A stretch of 24,142 bases of DNA from an uncultured archaeon (GCA_964590575.1 CAZPWM010000042.1:1-24142); one strand, 5' to 3'; shown: positions 1 to 10,021, counted from the stretch's first letter. Made by a program: numbers and translations. Notes: generated by a model not told the origin, from the letters alone.

Positions 1-27
1 GGTATCCACCTATTTAGCATTGCTCAT

Positions 28-74
28 GAAAACAAAAGGGGGTTGGAGTGACGGGAGTAAGTCCGTCACTCCGG
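28..74 (-). terminator. Putative terminator of the MFS gene (hairpin plus U-rich tract)
   Basis: Perfect 10-bp inverted repeat GGAGTGACGG (45-54) / CCGTCACTCC (63-72) overlapping the stop codon, followed on the minus strand by CCCCCTTTTGTTTT. Confidence 0.65.
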
Positions 75-1592
75 GCTCAAAACAATTTGCTCAACATCTT
101 CAGCAAGCTCTTCAAGAAGCAGTTTTGCTTCAGAAGCGTCATAAGTTTCAGTGGTCATATCTATTGATTCTCCTTGAGGTGTTTCAACTGCAGCTATAGG
201 TTTCTCTAGTGAGAGCGCGTACCTAATTATGAAGACACCACCAAGTGAGATCACTGCGCAGATTAGTAATGTGGCAGGGAAACCAATGATAGGTATCAAC
301 CACCCAAAGACCACTATTTGAGGCGTTGATAGTAGCAAGAGTATTGTGGGTTGAAGCGAGTATAGGGAGTTTCTATTGCGGTTGGGAATGGCGTCTAAAA
401 GTTCTCTTTGGGTAAGGATTTCTGCAAAAGCCCCAAAGAACATGGTCACTGTAAAGAGACTGAATATCATGATTATTGGAATTATGTGCTGAATTGGCAG
501 TTCGATGAGAACAATCGAAGTGAATGGTAGATAAACTGTAGCCATTATAGCAGAGTCGCCTACAGGAGGGAAGAAGAACATCAAAGCAGCTAGAATGATG
601 TAGAAGGCAAATCCGCAGGCCTGAACCAATCTGAATCGTGGGATCCACTTCCTAGGCTCAAACTTCTGTGACCAGACTCCAGATCGCTCGTTAGCTGCTA
701 CTCCGGGTATAAATGCGATAGTGCGATATGATGCCACTGCGACATCAGTAATGAGATAGCTGAAATAGAGTGGAAATAGAATCAGATTCCCCCAGACTGA
801 GATTGTACTCGCGCATAACATAGAACCGATACAGAGGTACTTGACGAATGGAGTATGCCAGAGATAACTAACACCTTCCTTCAACAGGTTTGTATATTCA
901 TTCATGGAAGGACGTTCAACTCTTTGTGCTTCGATCTCTGGAAAGTCACGGATGTAACGCATGACCATCATCGCAAAAATCACAGCCCCTACAGCTTCTA
1001 TTTGGAACACAAATGGTCTGTTGAAAACAGTGGCTAGGATACTGCCTGGTATGAGAGCAGCAGTAGATGCGATTTGAGAGATCATACCCATCCTTCCCCA
1101 GAAGACGCCGTACTGTTTACGCTGTGTATCATGAGGCATTGCTATGCGATAGTTGTTGTCAAACCAAGCACCCCAAGCTCCACTAATCTGTGATTGTGCA
1201 ATTCCTTGAAGCATGTAAATAGCAGCAAGATAGTAGAAAGGTGTCGTGGAAGTCACAAAAGATACCATAAAAAAGATAACCGCGTATAACGAGTTTCCAA
1301 TAGCAATGACATAGCGTTGTCCAATTGCATCTCCAAGGGCACCACTTGGATAGTCAAGAATTGTCTGAGTGATCATTTCAATTGCGATTAGGATACCGAG
1401 AAGACCAAGGCCTTCTATGAAATCACCGCCACCTAATGCCTCAGCTATGAATATCATGTAGAACGTTGTGCTTAGTGTAAAGATGAGATTAGCACTCGGG
1501 AGGAGTATCATCAACACTCGGCCTAAATGAAGTGCCTTTTCGTCTGCATCTGTGAAGCCCATAAAGGTGGAAGTCCTACTCATCGGTGTCAT
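66..1592 (-). CDS. MFS transporter
   Basis: 508 aa with about 12 hydrophobic segments, MFS motif A-like DYPSGALGDAIGQR, and an acidic C-terminal tail. Confidence 0.85.
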   Translation of the reverse strand: MTPMSRTSTFMGFTDADEKALHLGRVLMILLPSANLIFTLSTTFYMIFIAEALGGGDFIEGLGLLGILIAIEMITQTILDYPSGALGDAIGQRYVIAIGNSLYAVIFFMVSFVTSTTPFYYLAAIYMLQGIAQSQISGAWGAWFDNNYRIAMPHDTQRKQYGVFWGRMGMISQIASTAALIPGSILATVFNRPFVFQIEAVGAVIFAMMVMRYIRDFPEIEAQRVERPSMNEYTNLLKEGVSYLWHTPFVKYLCIGSMLCASTISVWGNLILFPLYFSYLITDVAVASYRTIAFIPGVAANERSGVWSQKFEPRKWIPRFRLVQACGFAFYIILAALMFFFPPVGDSAIMATVYLPFTSIVLIELPIQHIIPIIMIFSLFTVTMFFGAFAEILTQRELLDAIPNRNRNSLYSLQPTILLLLSTPQIVVFGWLIPIIGFPATLLICAVISLGGVFIIRYALSLEKPIAAVETPQGESIDMTTETYDASEAKLLLEELAEDVEQIVLSPE

Positions 1593-1759
1593 TTCCCTAC
1601 ATCAATTCAATAATAACCATCGCAATTACGTAAGAATTGAATATATAACGGGGAGGCACTTCAGAGGGACACATTACGCGGTCGCATCTTGTGACTTTTT
1701 ACTTAACGTCATTAAGTCAATCGAACCATTTTTTGGTTACCTATGTGTCAATAACAATC

Positions 1760-2494
1760 ATGACTGATACCTTTGGAAAAATAATGCGAGATGCAGTTGA
1801 AGGAAAGGACTCAAGCTATATCATTGAGAGAGATGATGGTTTCATTCGAAATACCTCGGGTGATTCTTACATCAAACCGTTCGAGGAGTGGAATGAGTCA
1901 GAGAAAAGGGCTATGAAAGACATCAAGGGTCCAGTACTAGACGTAGGTTGTGGAGTGGGACGTGTCGGCGACTATGTGAAGAGTCAGGGTCTCGAGTATT
2001 ATGGTGTGGATCTATCACCTCTGGCTGTTGATTTGTGTCATAAGCGTGGACACAAGAATGTCTTTGTGATGTCTGCAGATGAAATCCAATTAGACCGTTC
2101 GGATTTTCGGACGGTTGTGCTCTTTGGAAACAACTTCGGTATCATGGGTCAGCCAGAGGGTGTCGTCAGGATGCTCAAGGGATTTCATCAAGTAACAACC
2201 GATGATGCAATAGTCCTTGCTGGTTCGATAGATCCAGAGAAAACTGACGATGAAATGCATCTTGCATATCACGCAAAGAATAGAGCTGAAGGGAATCCAC
2301 CAGGACTCGTTAGATTGAGAAACAAGTACCAGGGAGAAGTGGATGATTGGTGGCACCTACTTCTTGCTGGTGATGAATTGATGTCGGAGTTAGCTGAAAA
2401 AGCTGGATGGTATCTTGATCACATAGTTGGCGGTCCAACTATGCGTCGTGAGTTGGAAACCTATAATGTTGGAGTATTAAAGAAGAGGACTTGA
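1760..2494 (+). CDS. Class I SAM-dependent methyltransferase
   Basis: Motif I VLDVGCGVGR and acidic motif GVDLS. Start moved from the track's 1691 to ATG 1760 (MTDTFG). Confidence 0.88.
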   Translation: MTDTFGKIMRDAVEGKDSSYIIERDDGFIRNTSGDSYIKPFEEWNESEKRAMKDIKGPVLDVGCGVGRVGDYVKSQGLEYYGVDLSPLAVDLCHKRGHKNVFVMSADEIQLDRSDFRTVVLFGNNFGIMGQPEGVVRMLKGFHQVTTDDAIVLAGSIDPEKTDDEMHLAYHAKNRAEGNPPGLVRLRNKYQGEVDDWWHLLLAGDELMSELAEKAGWYLDHIVGGPTMRRELETYNVGVLKKRT

Positions 2495-2500
2495 TACTTA

Positions 2501-2881
2501 ATGAAAATGATTGATGTCGATAGCAAAGCCAAGAAGAAGAGCAAGGCACATTACTCATCTGCAGTTGTGCACGAGGGGATTGTCTATGTTTCAGGTCAGT
2601 TACCAATGGATCCAGAGAAGGGAGTCCCTGTTGGTGGACCAATTGAAGTACAAACTCGGGCGGCATTGCAAAACCTCTTGGACGTCCTCCAAGCAGCAGG
2701 GAGTTCAAAGGATAAGGTCCTGCGGACAACTGCGTACATTCCAGATGTTTCCATGTGGGGCAAGGTGAATGACGCGTATGCAGAGTTTTTTGGAGAACAC
2801 AGACCTGCACGTACTGTTGCACCCTCGACTGAACTTCATTATGGTTGTCTGATTGAGATAGATGCAGTTGCGTACATTTAG
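2501..2881 (+). CDS. ridA: RidA/YjgF/UK114 family enamine/imine deaminase
   Basis: 126 aa with HYS, VYVSGQLP, RPART (catalytic Arg) and LIEIDAVA motifs. Confidence 0.92.
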   Translation: MKMIDVDSKAKKKSKAHYSSAVVHEGIVYVSGQLPMDPEKGVPVGGPIEVQTRAALQNLLDVLQAAGSSKDKVLRTTAYIPDVSMWGKVNDAYAEFFGEHRPARTVAPSTELHYGCLIEIDAVAYI

Positions 2882-2895
2882 TACACTCTGAGGTT

Positions 2896-3618
2896 TCATC
2901 TTGTGAAGACTAGTGGTAATTGTACCAATCCAAAGAGGACAAGTGAAATCAAAGCCCAGTAGACAGCAAAGAAGAGCAGATATCGAAGCGGTCGACCTTG
3001 CTGCAATAGTGGATGCACATTGAACTTAATTCTGGGCGATTTGGGTATGATAAAAGGTGTCCTATCTTTGTACTCAGAATAACCATTGAGAGATTTAATC
3101 AGGCGACTCTCCTCAAAATCAGCCACTGCAAGCAAAAGAAATGCCATTAGAGACCATGAGAGTATATCTCCGGGTCTAATACCAGTCGAATAGCCAGATG
3201 TCAAATCAAAGGCGAATGCAAATGGGAGGAGAAGCACAAGTATTCCCAAGTGTTGAGGATGTCTGACATAGGCATATGGACCTGAGTCGACAAAGGTACT
3301 TCCGTTCCGGATTTCACGGGTCATCTGAAGTAGACCCCAAAGAAATATGCCTGTACCTACAGATACAATGATAGCTTGAAAAATCCAGATGAGTGACACA
3401 AGCAAAATATCATTGACGGGTAGAAAGAAACCATACCACGATTCTGAGAAAGGGAAGATGAGGGCAGCAACATACCATGATACATACCATGCAGGAAGTA
3501 GGTATACCATCGGTGTGATGATCCCTGCGACAATAGGGAGATAAATCACTGCTAAAGCAAGAGCTGTTGAAATCTTCGCGGACAAGGTTTTCCATTCCAC
3601 ATGACGCACCAATATCAA
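2896..3618 (-). CDS. ICMT/PEMT (Ste14-like) family membrane methyltransferase
   Basis: Motifs GPYAYVRHPQHLG, EESRL and YSEYKDRTPFIIP; multiple TM segments. Start uncertain (TTG 3618 or GTG 3600). Confidence 0.8.
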   Translation of the reverse strand: MILVRHVEWKTLSAKISTALALAVIYLPIVAGIITPMVYLLPAWYVSWYVAALIFPFSESWYGFFLPVNDILLVSLIWIFQAIIVSVGTGIFLWGLLQMTREIRNGSTFVDSGPYAYVRHPQHLGILVLLLPFAFAFDLTSGYSTGIRPGDILSWSLMAFLLLAVADFEESRLIKSLNGYSEYKDRTPFIIPKSPRIKFNVHPLLQQGRPLRYLLFFAVYWALISLVLFGLVQLPLVFTR

Positions 3619-3766
3619 ATCCTCTCAAATTCTTATTAATAATGCCAAGCAAGCAGAGATTCAGCAGTCAACAACAATCAATACACAGATTGCGGTCGAA
3701 AAATCACACTAGTTTTTATGTTCCTTCTTACTATAATACTTCACTCAGATTTGGTGGAGATGTAAG

Positions 3767-4201
3767 ATGAAGATTAGCTCTGAGGTCAAAAACAACAAAC
3801 CGCTCTACTATGGAGCACTTGCACAGATGATCTACGCATTGATTGAATTTGGCGACAGCTTGTGCATTCCTCTGATCGCACTGAACATTATGCCAAACTT
3901 GTATCTCATTTTACCACTTTCAAATCCTGAGATGGTAACTCTTCTTACAAATGCGCCCGCCTTGTTCATCCCAATCTTTTGGTTCTTCACCTCATTTCGA
4001 TTGGTATCTGCATATTGGATTCTTCAGAACAAAGCAAAGGGATTCTGGCTTGCAATTTACATTTCTGTAGTGACCTTCGTAGCAGTCTGGTACCTTCTCC
4101 CGTTAGCAGTGATTGACATTGCAGGTACAGGGATTGTTGTCTTCCTGCTCTTCATGGGCTACTTCAAGGATGAGCAGATAATCAAAACAGAAAACGAGTA
4201 G
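3767..4201 (+). CDS. Hypothetical membrane protein (about 4 TM)
   Basis: 144-aa hydrophobic ORF with a GGTGGAG RBS-like sequence upstream; 3 nt before the next gene. Confidence 0.75.
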   Translation: MKISSEVKNNKPLYYGALAQMIYALIEFGDSLCIPLIALNIMPNLYLILPLSNPEMVTLLTNAPALFIPIFWFFTSFRLVSAYWILQNKAKGFWLAIYISVVTFVAVWYLLPLAVIDIAGTGIVVFLLFMGYFKDEQIIKTENE

Positions 4202-4204
4202 TTC

Positions 4205-4804
4205 ATGATGATCGAATGGCTGAACTTCATAATCTTGCTTGTGCTCTCCCTGCTTCTGAGTATGGTTCTCTATGTCAAGAGTGTAGGTCCTGCTGCTCTT
4301 GAACAGAAAATCGGCGAGGGGGCATATGAGAAGTGTGCGCAATATCGGCAAGTGTCTGGATTCTTCCTATTTATTGGTATGATAGGTTATGTCGTGTATT
4401 TTTTCTATCCTCTTCCTGTCCCACTTCCCATAGCATTTCCAATACCCTACATACTAACTGCATCTATCGCAATTCTAATCCTGATACCGTGTGGATATTT
4501 GATGTATCGTGGAGGCAAGGACGCTGGTGAAGAAACAGCAACTCCAAAGAAAGAGCATACACTCTATGGTGGCATCTACGATACCATTAGACACCCACAG
4601 ATGTTGGGAGAAGTATGGACAGGATTGGTCTTTGCACTGTTATTGAACTCACCATTTCTCGTTCTCTATTCATTCGTTTACATTCCGTTCTTCTATTGGG
4701 CCGCCATAGCAGAAGAGAGAGATCTAGTCATTCGATATGGTCAGCCATACATCGACTATCGAAACAGAACAGGAATGTTCATTCCAAGAAGGAAATCTAA
4801 TTGA
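4205..4804 (+). CDS. ICMT/PEMT (Ste14-like) family membrane methyltransferase
   Basis: Motifs GIYDTIRHPQMLG and EERDLVIRYGQPYIDYRNRTGMFIP. Confidence 0.85.
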   Translation: MMIEWLNFIILLVLSLLLSMVLYVKSVGPAALEQKIGEGAYEKCAQYRQVSGFFLFIGMIGYVVYFFYPLPVPLPIAFPIPYILTASIAILILIPCGYLMYRGGKDAGEETATPKKEHTLYGGIYDTIRHPQMLGEVWTGLVFALLLNSPFLVLYSFVYIPFFYWAAIAEERDLVIRYGQPYIDYRNRTGMFIPRRKSN

Positions 4805-5436
4805 GTGAAGGGAATCGGAAAGTACACCACGGTGTTGTCGCAAGATATCACTTCCATGATGCTAGGTGGTTTGCGACGTTAGGTTTTGCTCCATTTGTGA
4901 TTGCATTTGCAGGAATGATTACATCCAGTGTCAATTACTTTGGATGGAGTTTCGATATCGGCTCGTTTCTCGGACTTGGTTCGTTTCTATTAACTGAAGG
5001 TATGCTGATGTTTCCATTATACTTCATCCTTAGCATGCTATTCTTTGCAGGAGGTATAGAGTGGTATGTTCTCTGTAGGCATTGCCCATGTTATGAGTAC
5101 TCAGGAAAAGAACACGGAAAGGAGAACCGATTCTATTGCCTTGCTAATTGGGGTAGTCCGAAGTTGTTCAAATACAAACCAGGTCACATAAGCCATGCAG
5201 GTCAAGCGACATTCTTAGGCTTTACAGGATTCTTCCTTCTGTTTCCAATATTGTACTTTCTTGATCGATGGGAATTTGTGTTATTCCAGCTAGTGATGGT
5301 CTTCTCTTTTATAGTATCACTCAGACACTGGGGTTGTTCACAGTGTCCAAATTTCGGGTGTATATTGAACTGCGTACCTGAGTACAAGAAGGAGCAATTC
5401 CTCAAAGCACTTGAAGCAGGAGAAATCTACGAATAA
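4801..5436 (+). CDS. Cys-rich hypothetical membrane protein (putative metal binding)
   Basis: About 4 TM segments with LCRHCPCY...YC and GCSQCPNFGCILNC motifs; the TTG start overlaps the upstream TGA (TTGA). Confidence 0.78.
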   Translation: MSEGNRKVHHGVVARYHFHDARWFATLGFAPFVIAFAGMITSSVNYFGWSFDIGSFLGLGSFLLTEGMLMFPLYFILSMLFFAGGIEWYVLCRHCPCYEYSGKEHGKENRFYCLANWGSPKLFKYKPGHISHAGQATFLGFTGFFLLFPILYFLDRWEFVLFQLVMVFSFIVSLRHWGCSQCPNFGCILNCVPEYKKEQFLKALEAGEIYE

Positions 5437-5489
5437 TATGTGCCCTCTCAGTAACATTTTAGTTCTGGTCATCTGCAGTAACGCTCCAG

Positions 5490-6392
5490 ATGCAACTATC
5501 TACTGAAATTCTCATTGGAAGTGTAATTGGAATCATTGCCGCATTTCTATGGGCGATATCAACCAACGTCTACAAATCCCAGAGTGATGAAGCGACCCCG
5601 TTAGCAATAACTATGTTGAAAACATGGATGTCGCTAATCGTCATGACACTCTTAGTCATGTGGCCTTTTCGGACAATGCCATTCTTTGTTCCGATTAATG
5701 CAGTCTTTTACCTTGCAACATCTGTAACAATAGGTCTTATTATTGGAGACCTTGCATTTCTATCTTCACAGGAACGGATTGGAGTTTCGTATGCATATCC
5801 GATTGCAACCACATATCCAATCTTTACATACATCATTGCTATATTTTTCGTAAATGAAGTCGTTCTTTGGACACGTTTCATAGGTATCTTCCTTGCTGTT
5901 GGCGGAGTTATGCTCATCTCGAAGGCTCAGGCTTCTTCAAAGGATGATGAGGGATTAAGTAATTTTGATGGAGTTGGATTCCTACTTGCACTCTTCGCAG
6001 CATTATGTTGGTCGGTCGGAAGTGTTTTACTTCAGGTAGGTGTTGCTGATGTGGATCCAGTTGACGCAAACTTTGTGCGTATGATTTTTGGGGCAGGTAT
6101 CATCGCACCATTGTTTCTTGGTTCTGTCCGGCGGGGAATGCCTAAACCAACTAGGAAAGCCACAAAAATTGTGCTAGTTGCAGCATTCTTCGGAATGGCT
6201 TGGGGATCTTTGCTCTATACATTTGCAGTGAAGATGATAGGAGCAACAGTTGCATCCGTTTTGGGTTCAATTTCTCCGTTGTTTGCATTACCAATCTCTA
6301 TATTGTTCTTAAAGGAGAAATTCACACCTCAATCAATATTGGGGGCTTTATTGACTGTCTTCGGAGTCATCCTTGTCGTGTTTATTGTTTAG
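5490..6392 (+). CDS. DMT/EamA family transporter
   Basis: 300 aa with 10 TM in two EamA-like halves; motifs IGVSYAYPIATTYPIF and SPLFALPISILFLKEKF. Confidence 0.9.
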   Translation: MQLSTEILIGSVIGIIAAFLWAISTNVYKSQSDEATPLAITMLKTWMSLIVMTLLVMWPFRTMPFFVPINAVFYLATSVTIGLIIGDLAFLSSQERIGVSYAYPIATTYPIFTYIIAIFFVNEVVLWTRFIGIFLAVGGVMLISKAQASSKDDEGLSNFDGVGFLLALFAALCWSVGSVLLQVGVADVDPVDANFVRMIFGAGIIAPLFLGSVRRGMPKPTRKATKIVLVAAFFGMAWGSLLYTFAVKMIGATVASVLGSISPLFALPISILFLKEKFTPQSILGALLTVFGVILVVFIV

Positions 6393-6395
6393 AAA

Positions 6396-7460
6396 TCAGA
6401 TCCAGCCTCTTCTTCTAAAATACATAATGAGGAATAATGTAACCAATAGCATTGCAATAAGAAAAATTGGATAACCAGCAGCCCCTAAGAAGGTAATCTC
6501 TGGAATCCATTCCCAATTCATTCCATAGATACTAGCCATGAGTGTGAGTGGAATAAAGATTGTTGAAACAACAGTGAGCACTTTCATTACCTCATTCATC
6601 TTATTGCTAAGACTGGAGAGATAGATATCAAGCATGCCAGTGATTGACTCACGATAGGTTTCAACATGGTCAGTAACTCGGATTACATGGTCATAGAGAT
6701 CTCGGAGAAAAACATGTGTTTCTGGATTCACAAAGGATGAAGCTTCCCTCTGCAATTTCAACACAAGTTCTCGCAAAGGCCAGATGTGTCTTCGAAATGA
6801 AAGGAGACTTCTCTTAATTTGATAAATGCGATTAAGTATATCACTAGTGGCACGTACTATCAACTCATCTTCGAGATCTTCAATCAGATCACCAATAACT
6901 TCAAGCACTGCGAAATACTTGTCCACAAGAAGGTCGAGAAGGGTGTATACTAGATAGTCAGGTCCACTGGAGCGTATCTGACTCTCAGGGCTTCTAGCTC
7001 TACATCTGATAGCATCGAAGATATCATCCGATGACTCCTGAAAAGAAAGTACGAAGTTCTTCCCCAGAACTATTGAAACTTGTTCAGAATGAAGTTGCTT
7101 GCCTTCTTGTGTAAGCCCATATTCTCGTAAAACTAGGTAGATGCTCTTTGGCATCGCTTCAAACTTGGGTCGTTGACCGACACTAGGGATGTCTTCAATC
7201 ACTAAGGGGTGTAAATCGTAATATTCACAGACTGTCTTCACTATATCAACATCGTGGACACCCCGCACATGAACCCACTTTATTGCTGTTTTATCAAGGG
7301 GAGGACTGCAATCATCCATTGAGTCAGCGATATACTCTCTCATTTGTCCTTGAGAGAATGTCATAATATTGATGATTACTTTCTCAGTTCTGTCGATGCC
7401 AGTATGAACTACAGTGCCTGGTGGAAGGCCAACCTTCTCCGCCATATCTTCTTCACTCAT
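6396..7460 (-). CDS. corA: Magnesium/cobalt transporter CorA
   Basis: KVGLPPGT, LHPLVIEDI, QRPKFE, NKMNEVMKVLT and the YGMN signature, with two C-terminal TM segments. Start taken at ATG 7460. Confidence 0.95.
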   Translation of the reverse strand: MSEEDMAEKVGLPPGTVVHTGIDRTEKVIINIMTFSQGQMREYIADSMDDCSPPLDKTAIKWVHVRGVHDVDIVKTVCEYYDLHPLVIEDIPSVGQRPKFEAMPKSIYLVLREYGLTQEGKQLHSEQVSIVLGKNFVLSFQESSDDIFDAIRCRARSPESQIRSSGPDYLVYTLLDLLVDKYFAVLEVIGDLIEDLEDELIVRATSDILNRIYQIKRSLLSFRRHIWPLRELVLKLQREASSFVNPETHVFLRDLYDHVIRVTDHVETYRESITGMLDIYLSSLSNKMNEVMKVLTVVSTIFIPLTLMASIYGMNWEWIPEITFLGAAGYPIFLIAMLLVTLFLIMYFRRRGWI

Positions 7461-7701
7461 CTGGACACCCAAAGGAATCCTGAGTAAGCCAATATTAGAA
7501 AGTGAGGATTACATTAAGAAACTTTCATGACTGATATATGGTCTTCAATTTATGATGTATATGAAACAAGTCTTGGAGAGGTTATCTTTCATGCAACAAA
7601 GCCATGAGAGTGAATTATTTGAAGAAAGACCCAACTTCCGCAAGCAAGGCAAAAGACATATGGATTCGAGTTCTGCGAGCAACTTGTGATGTGATTGAAA
7701 C

Positions 7702-8133
7702 ATGTCAGAGAAGAAACAGGAATTAATCGACCTCATAATGAAACAAAACGTTAGTGCCATCTATACTTTGGGCACCCGATTAGAAATCACAACCGATGAA
7801 GTAATCGAGCTCATCAATGACCTCATTGAGGAAGGAAAATTGAAAGGTACTCTGACAGAGGATCACGAACGATTCTTCAAAAGCGATATCAAATTATCAG
7901 CGGCACCAACAATTGCGAGGGATGATGATCAACCAAGCTTTTTGACATTCAACGCAAGACCCGGCAAAGTAACTGCCATTGTAGGTTTCCTTATTGTTGT
8001 TGCAGGATTGATAGTAAATGTATTCGCAACCGATGCTATAGAACAGAATTTTGCAGCGCTCCTTATTCTATTCGGAATACTCATCATCATAACGGGGCTA
8101 TACTGTCTTTCTCGACGTGAAACGCCATCCTAA
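7702..8133 (+). CDS. Winged-helix (PCI-like) protein with two C-terminal TM helices
   Basis: LGTRLEITTDEVIELINDLIEEGKLKGTL resembles the PCI winged-helix; C-terminal hydrophobic hairpin. Confidence 0.65.
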   Translation: MSEKKQELIDLIMKQNVSAIYTLGTRLEITTDEVIELINDLIEEGKLKGTLTEDHERFFKSDIKLSAAPTIARDDDQPSFLTFNARPGKVTAIVGFLIVVAGLIVNVFATDAIEQNFAALLILFGILIIITGLYCLSRRETPS

Positions 8134-8204
8134 AACGAACGCCTATCTCAATAGGACAGCTTAAGTAGTGGTCTGGAAGCGAGCTGTCATCGGAAGGACT
8201 AGGT

Positions 8205-9173
8205 ATGCAAGAACTGATTATAGATGCAGTCCTCATAGCGATATATGCAATAGGTGTTGGGACAATTTCCTCAATGGTGGGTATTGGGGGCGGTATTTTC
8301 AACACTCCACTCCTTATGATCGTCTTTCTATTAAGTGAGCAATTTGCACCAGCAACAGCACTTGTTGCAGCTCTATTTCTTGCAGTAGCTAGCAGTATTG
8401 CATATTGGCGCCAGGACCCTCGTCCGATAATTCCCAAAGTAGGTCTTTTTCTTGCTATAACTACAGTTCCAGGTTCGTTAATCGGTGTTGCTCTCCGAAC
8501 AATGATTGAAAGTCCATACGTTTTGCGACTAATCTTCGGACTCGCATTGATGCCTGTGGCAATAAAGATGCTTTTTGCAGTCCGGCGTGAGAAAGGTGAT
8601 ATTTCATCTGAATTAGCTAGTTACAACATGTCAAATCTGACTGACAAGAGACTAGCAATCTCACTCTTTGGAGGATTTATTGGAGGAGTTTCAGCAGGAT
8701 TACTTGGAATTGGTGGAGGTGCAGTCATTGTTCCTGTACTTTCAGTGTTGATGGGATTACCAATGCATGCAGCAGTGGCAACTTCGATGTTCACAATGGT
8801 GTTCACTGCTGGCGCGGGTACTGCGATGAACTTTGTTAGCGGATACATTAATCCATACTATGCAGTATCACTCGGTGTTGGTATGCTTGTTGGAGCACAG
8901 GTCGGATCAAGACTTGCATGTAAGGTTAACTCAGTTCAATTGAAGAGAATCTTCGGGGTTATTCTTGTCTTCCCATTAGTTAAGATGATGATGTTGGGCC
9001 AGATGTGGCTTGATCCGACGGATACAAGCGTTCTCATGTCAACGCTAGGCGATATTATCATCTGGTTGATCATTGTAGTTCCAATAGGTCTCTTCAGGCT
9101 CCATCAGATTCGGAAACAGTCGTCTAGAATAACTGATCCAGAGGAACCCTGCGACTTACCAGCCCCCGAATAA
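8205..9173 (+). CDS. Sulfite exporter TauE/SafE family protein
   Basis: Duplicated GIGGG motifs (SMVGIGGGIF, GLLGIGGGAVIVP), AVATS and GAQVG. Confidence 0.9.
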   Translation: MQELIIDAVLIAIYAIGVGTISSMVGIGGGIFNTPLLMIVFLLSEQFAPATALVAALFLAVASSIAYWRQDPRPIIPKVGLFLAITTVPGSLIGVALRTMIESPYVLRLIFGLALMPVAIKMLFAVRREKGDISSELASYNMSNLTDKRLAISLFGGFIGGVSAGLLGIGGGAVIVPVLSVLMGLPMHAAVATSMFTMVFTAGAGTAMNFVSGYINPYYAVSLGVGMLVGAQVGSRLACKVNSVQLKRIFGVILVFPLVKMMMLGQMWLDPTDTSVLMSTLGDIIIWLIIVVPIGLFRLHQIRKQSSRITDPEEPCDLPAPE

Positions 9174-9252
9174 CACTTCATGATTGAAGTCGATACTTAA
9201 TAGGGAGTCTGTGCCTGATAAACAAACAGAATGGTTTGTACAGGTGTTTGCC

Positions 9253-10020
9253 ATGGTAAAATACAATCTGGATGGTAAAGTTGTAATAATAACAGGCGCT
9301 TCAGCTGGACTTGGAGAGCAGTTTGCTCATGCGTTTGCAGAATCAGGCGCGCAGGTGGTTCTAGGCGCAAGAAGAGAAAAGCTCCTCAAGAAAATTGCCG
9401 GTGATGTTTCTGAAAAGTATGGAGTCAATGCACTCCCCGTCAAAACAGATGTTGCTATTGAAGCGGATATAATCAAACTAGTAGATACAGCAGTAGATGA
9501 ACTCGGAACAGTAGATATTCTTGTAAATAACGCAGGAATGTACATTGTAAAACCTTTGATTGAGCAGACTTTAGAGGATTGGCATACAGTAATGAATGTG
9601 AACCTTACTTCAGCCTTCCTCGCAACCCGGGAAGTGGCCAAAGTGATGATTCCTAAGAAATCAGGATCAATCATAAACATATCATCAACTTTTGGTTTCG
9701 GAGGCACAGAGTTCACCGAAGTGAGCTATTATGCTTCCAAAGGCGGTTTAGTCGCAATGACAAAAGCCCTAGCAGTTGAACTTGGAAAGCACAACATCCG
9801 TGTGAACGCGATTGCACCTGGTTTCTTCCCCACTGCGATGTCAATCGGAGCTATGGAGGACAAGGATATCAGTAACAGAATGATCAAACCACGCACTGCA
9901 CTCCCAATGTTCGCAAAAAATGAATGGATTCGGGGTGGGGCTTGCTTCCTAGCTAGTGATGATGCTAGGTATATCACAGGTCATACATTAGCGATTGACG
10001 GTGGATGGCTCGCGTATTAG
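9253..10020 (+). CDS. Short-chain dehydrogenase/reductase (FabG/KduD-like)
   Basis: TGASAGLG, NNAG, catalytic YYASK, IRVNAIAPG and DGG. ATG 9253 is preceded by a CAGGTG RBS-like sequence. Confidence 0.93.
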   Translation: MVKYNLDGKVVIITGASAGLGEQFAHAFAESGAQVVLGARREKLLKKIAGDVSEKYGVNALPVKTDVAIEADIIKLVDTAVDELGTVDILVNNAGMYIVKPLIEQTLEDWHTVMNVNLTSAFLATREVAKVMIPKKSGSIINISSTFGFGGTEFTEVSYYASKGGLVAMTKALAVELGKHNIRVNAIAPGFFPTAMSIGAMEDKDISNRMIKPRTALPMFAKNEWIRGGACFLASDDARYITGHTLAIDGGWLAY

Positions 10021-10021
10021 T

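Noticed and set aside
45-72. UGA embedded in a strong hairpin (SECIS-like readthrough)
   Set aside because: The MFS protein is complete and a U-rich tract follows, so a terminator is the simpler explanation
1681-1717. Small hairpin plus T-run and ACTTAA-N5-TTAAGT repeat as a possible sRNA or operator
   Set aside because: Only 6-bp stems in an AT-rich divergent promoter region; insufficient support
2492-2503. Methyltransferase TGA is in frame with the RidA ATG (possible Sec/readthrough fusion)
   Set aside because: Both proteins are complete on their own, the position is not a Cys-equivalent site, no SECIS was seen, and in-frame neighbours occur one time in three by chance
4199-4207. TAG in frame with the next ATG (possible pyrrolysine readthrough)
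   Set aside because: No pyl genes in the window, and the downstream ORF has a normal start and length
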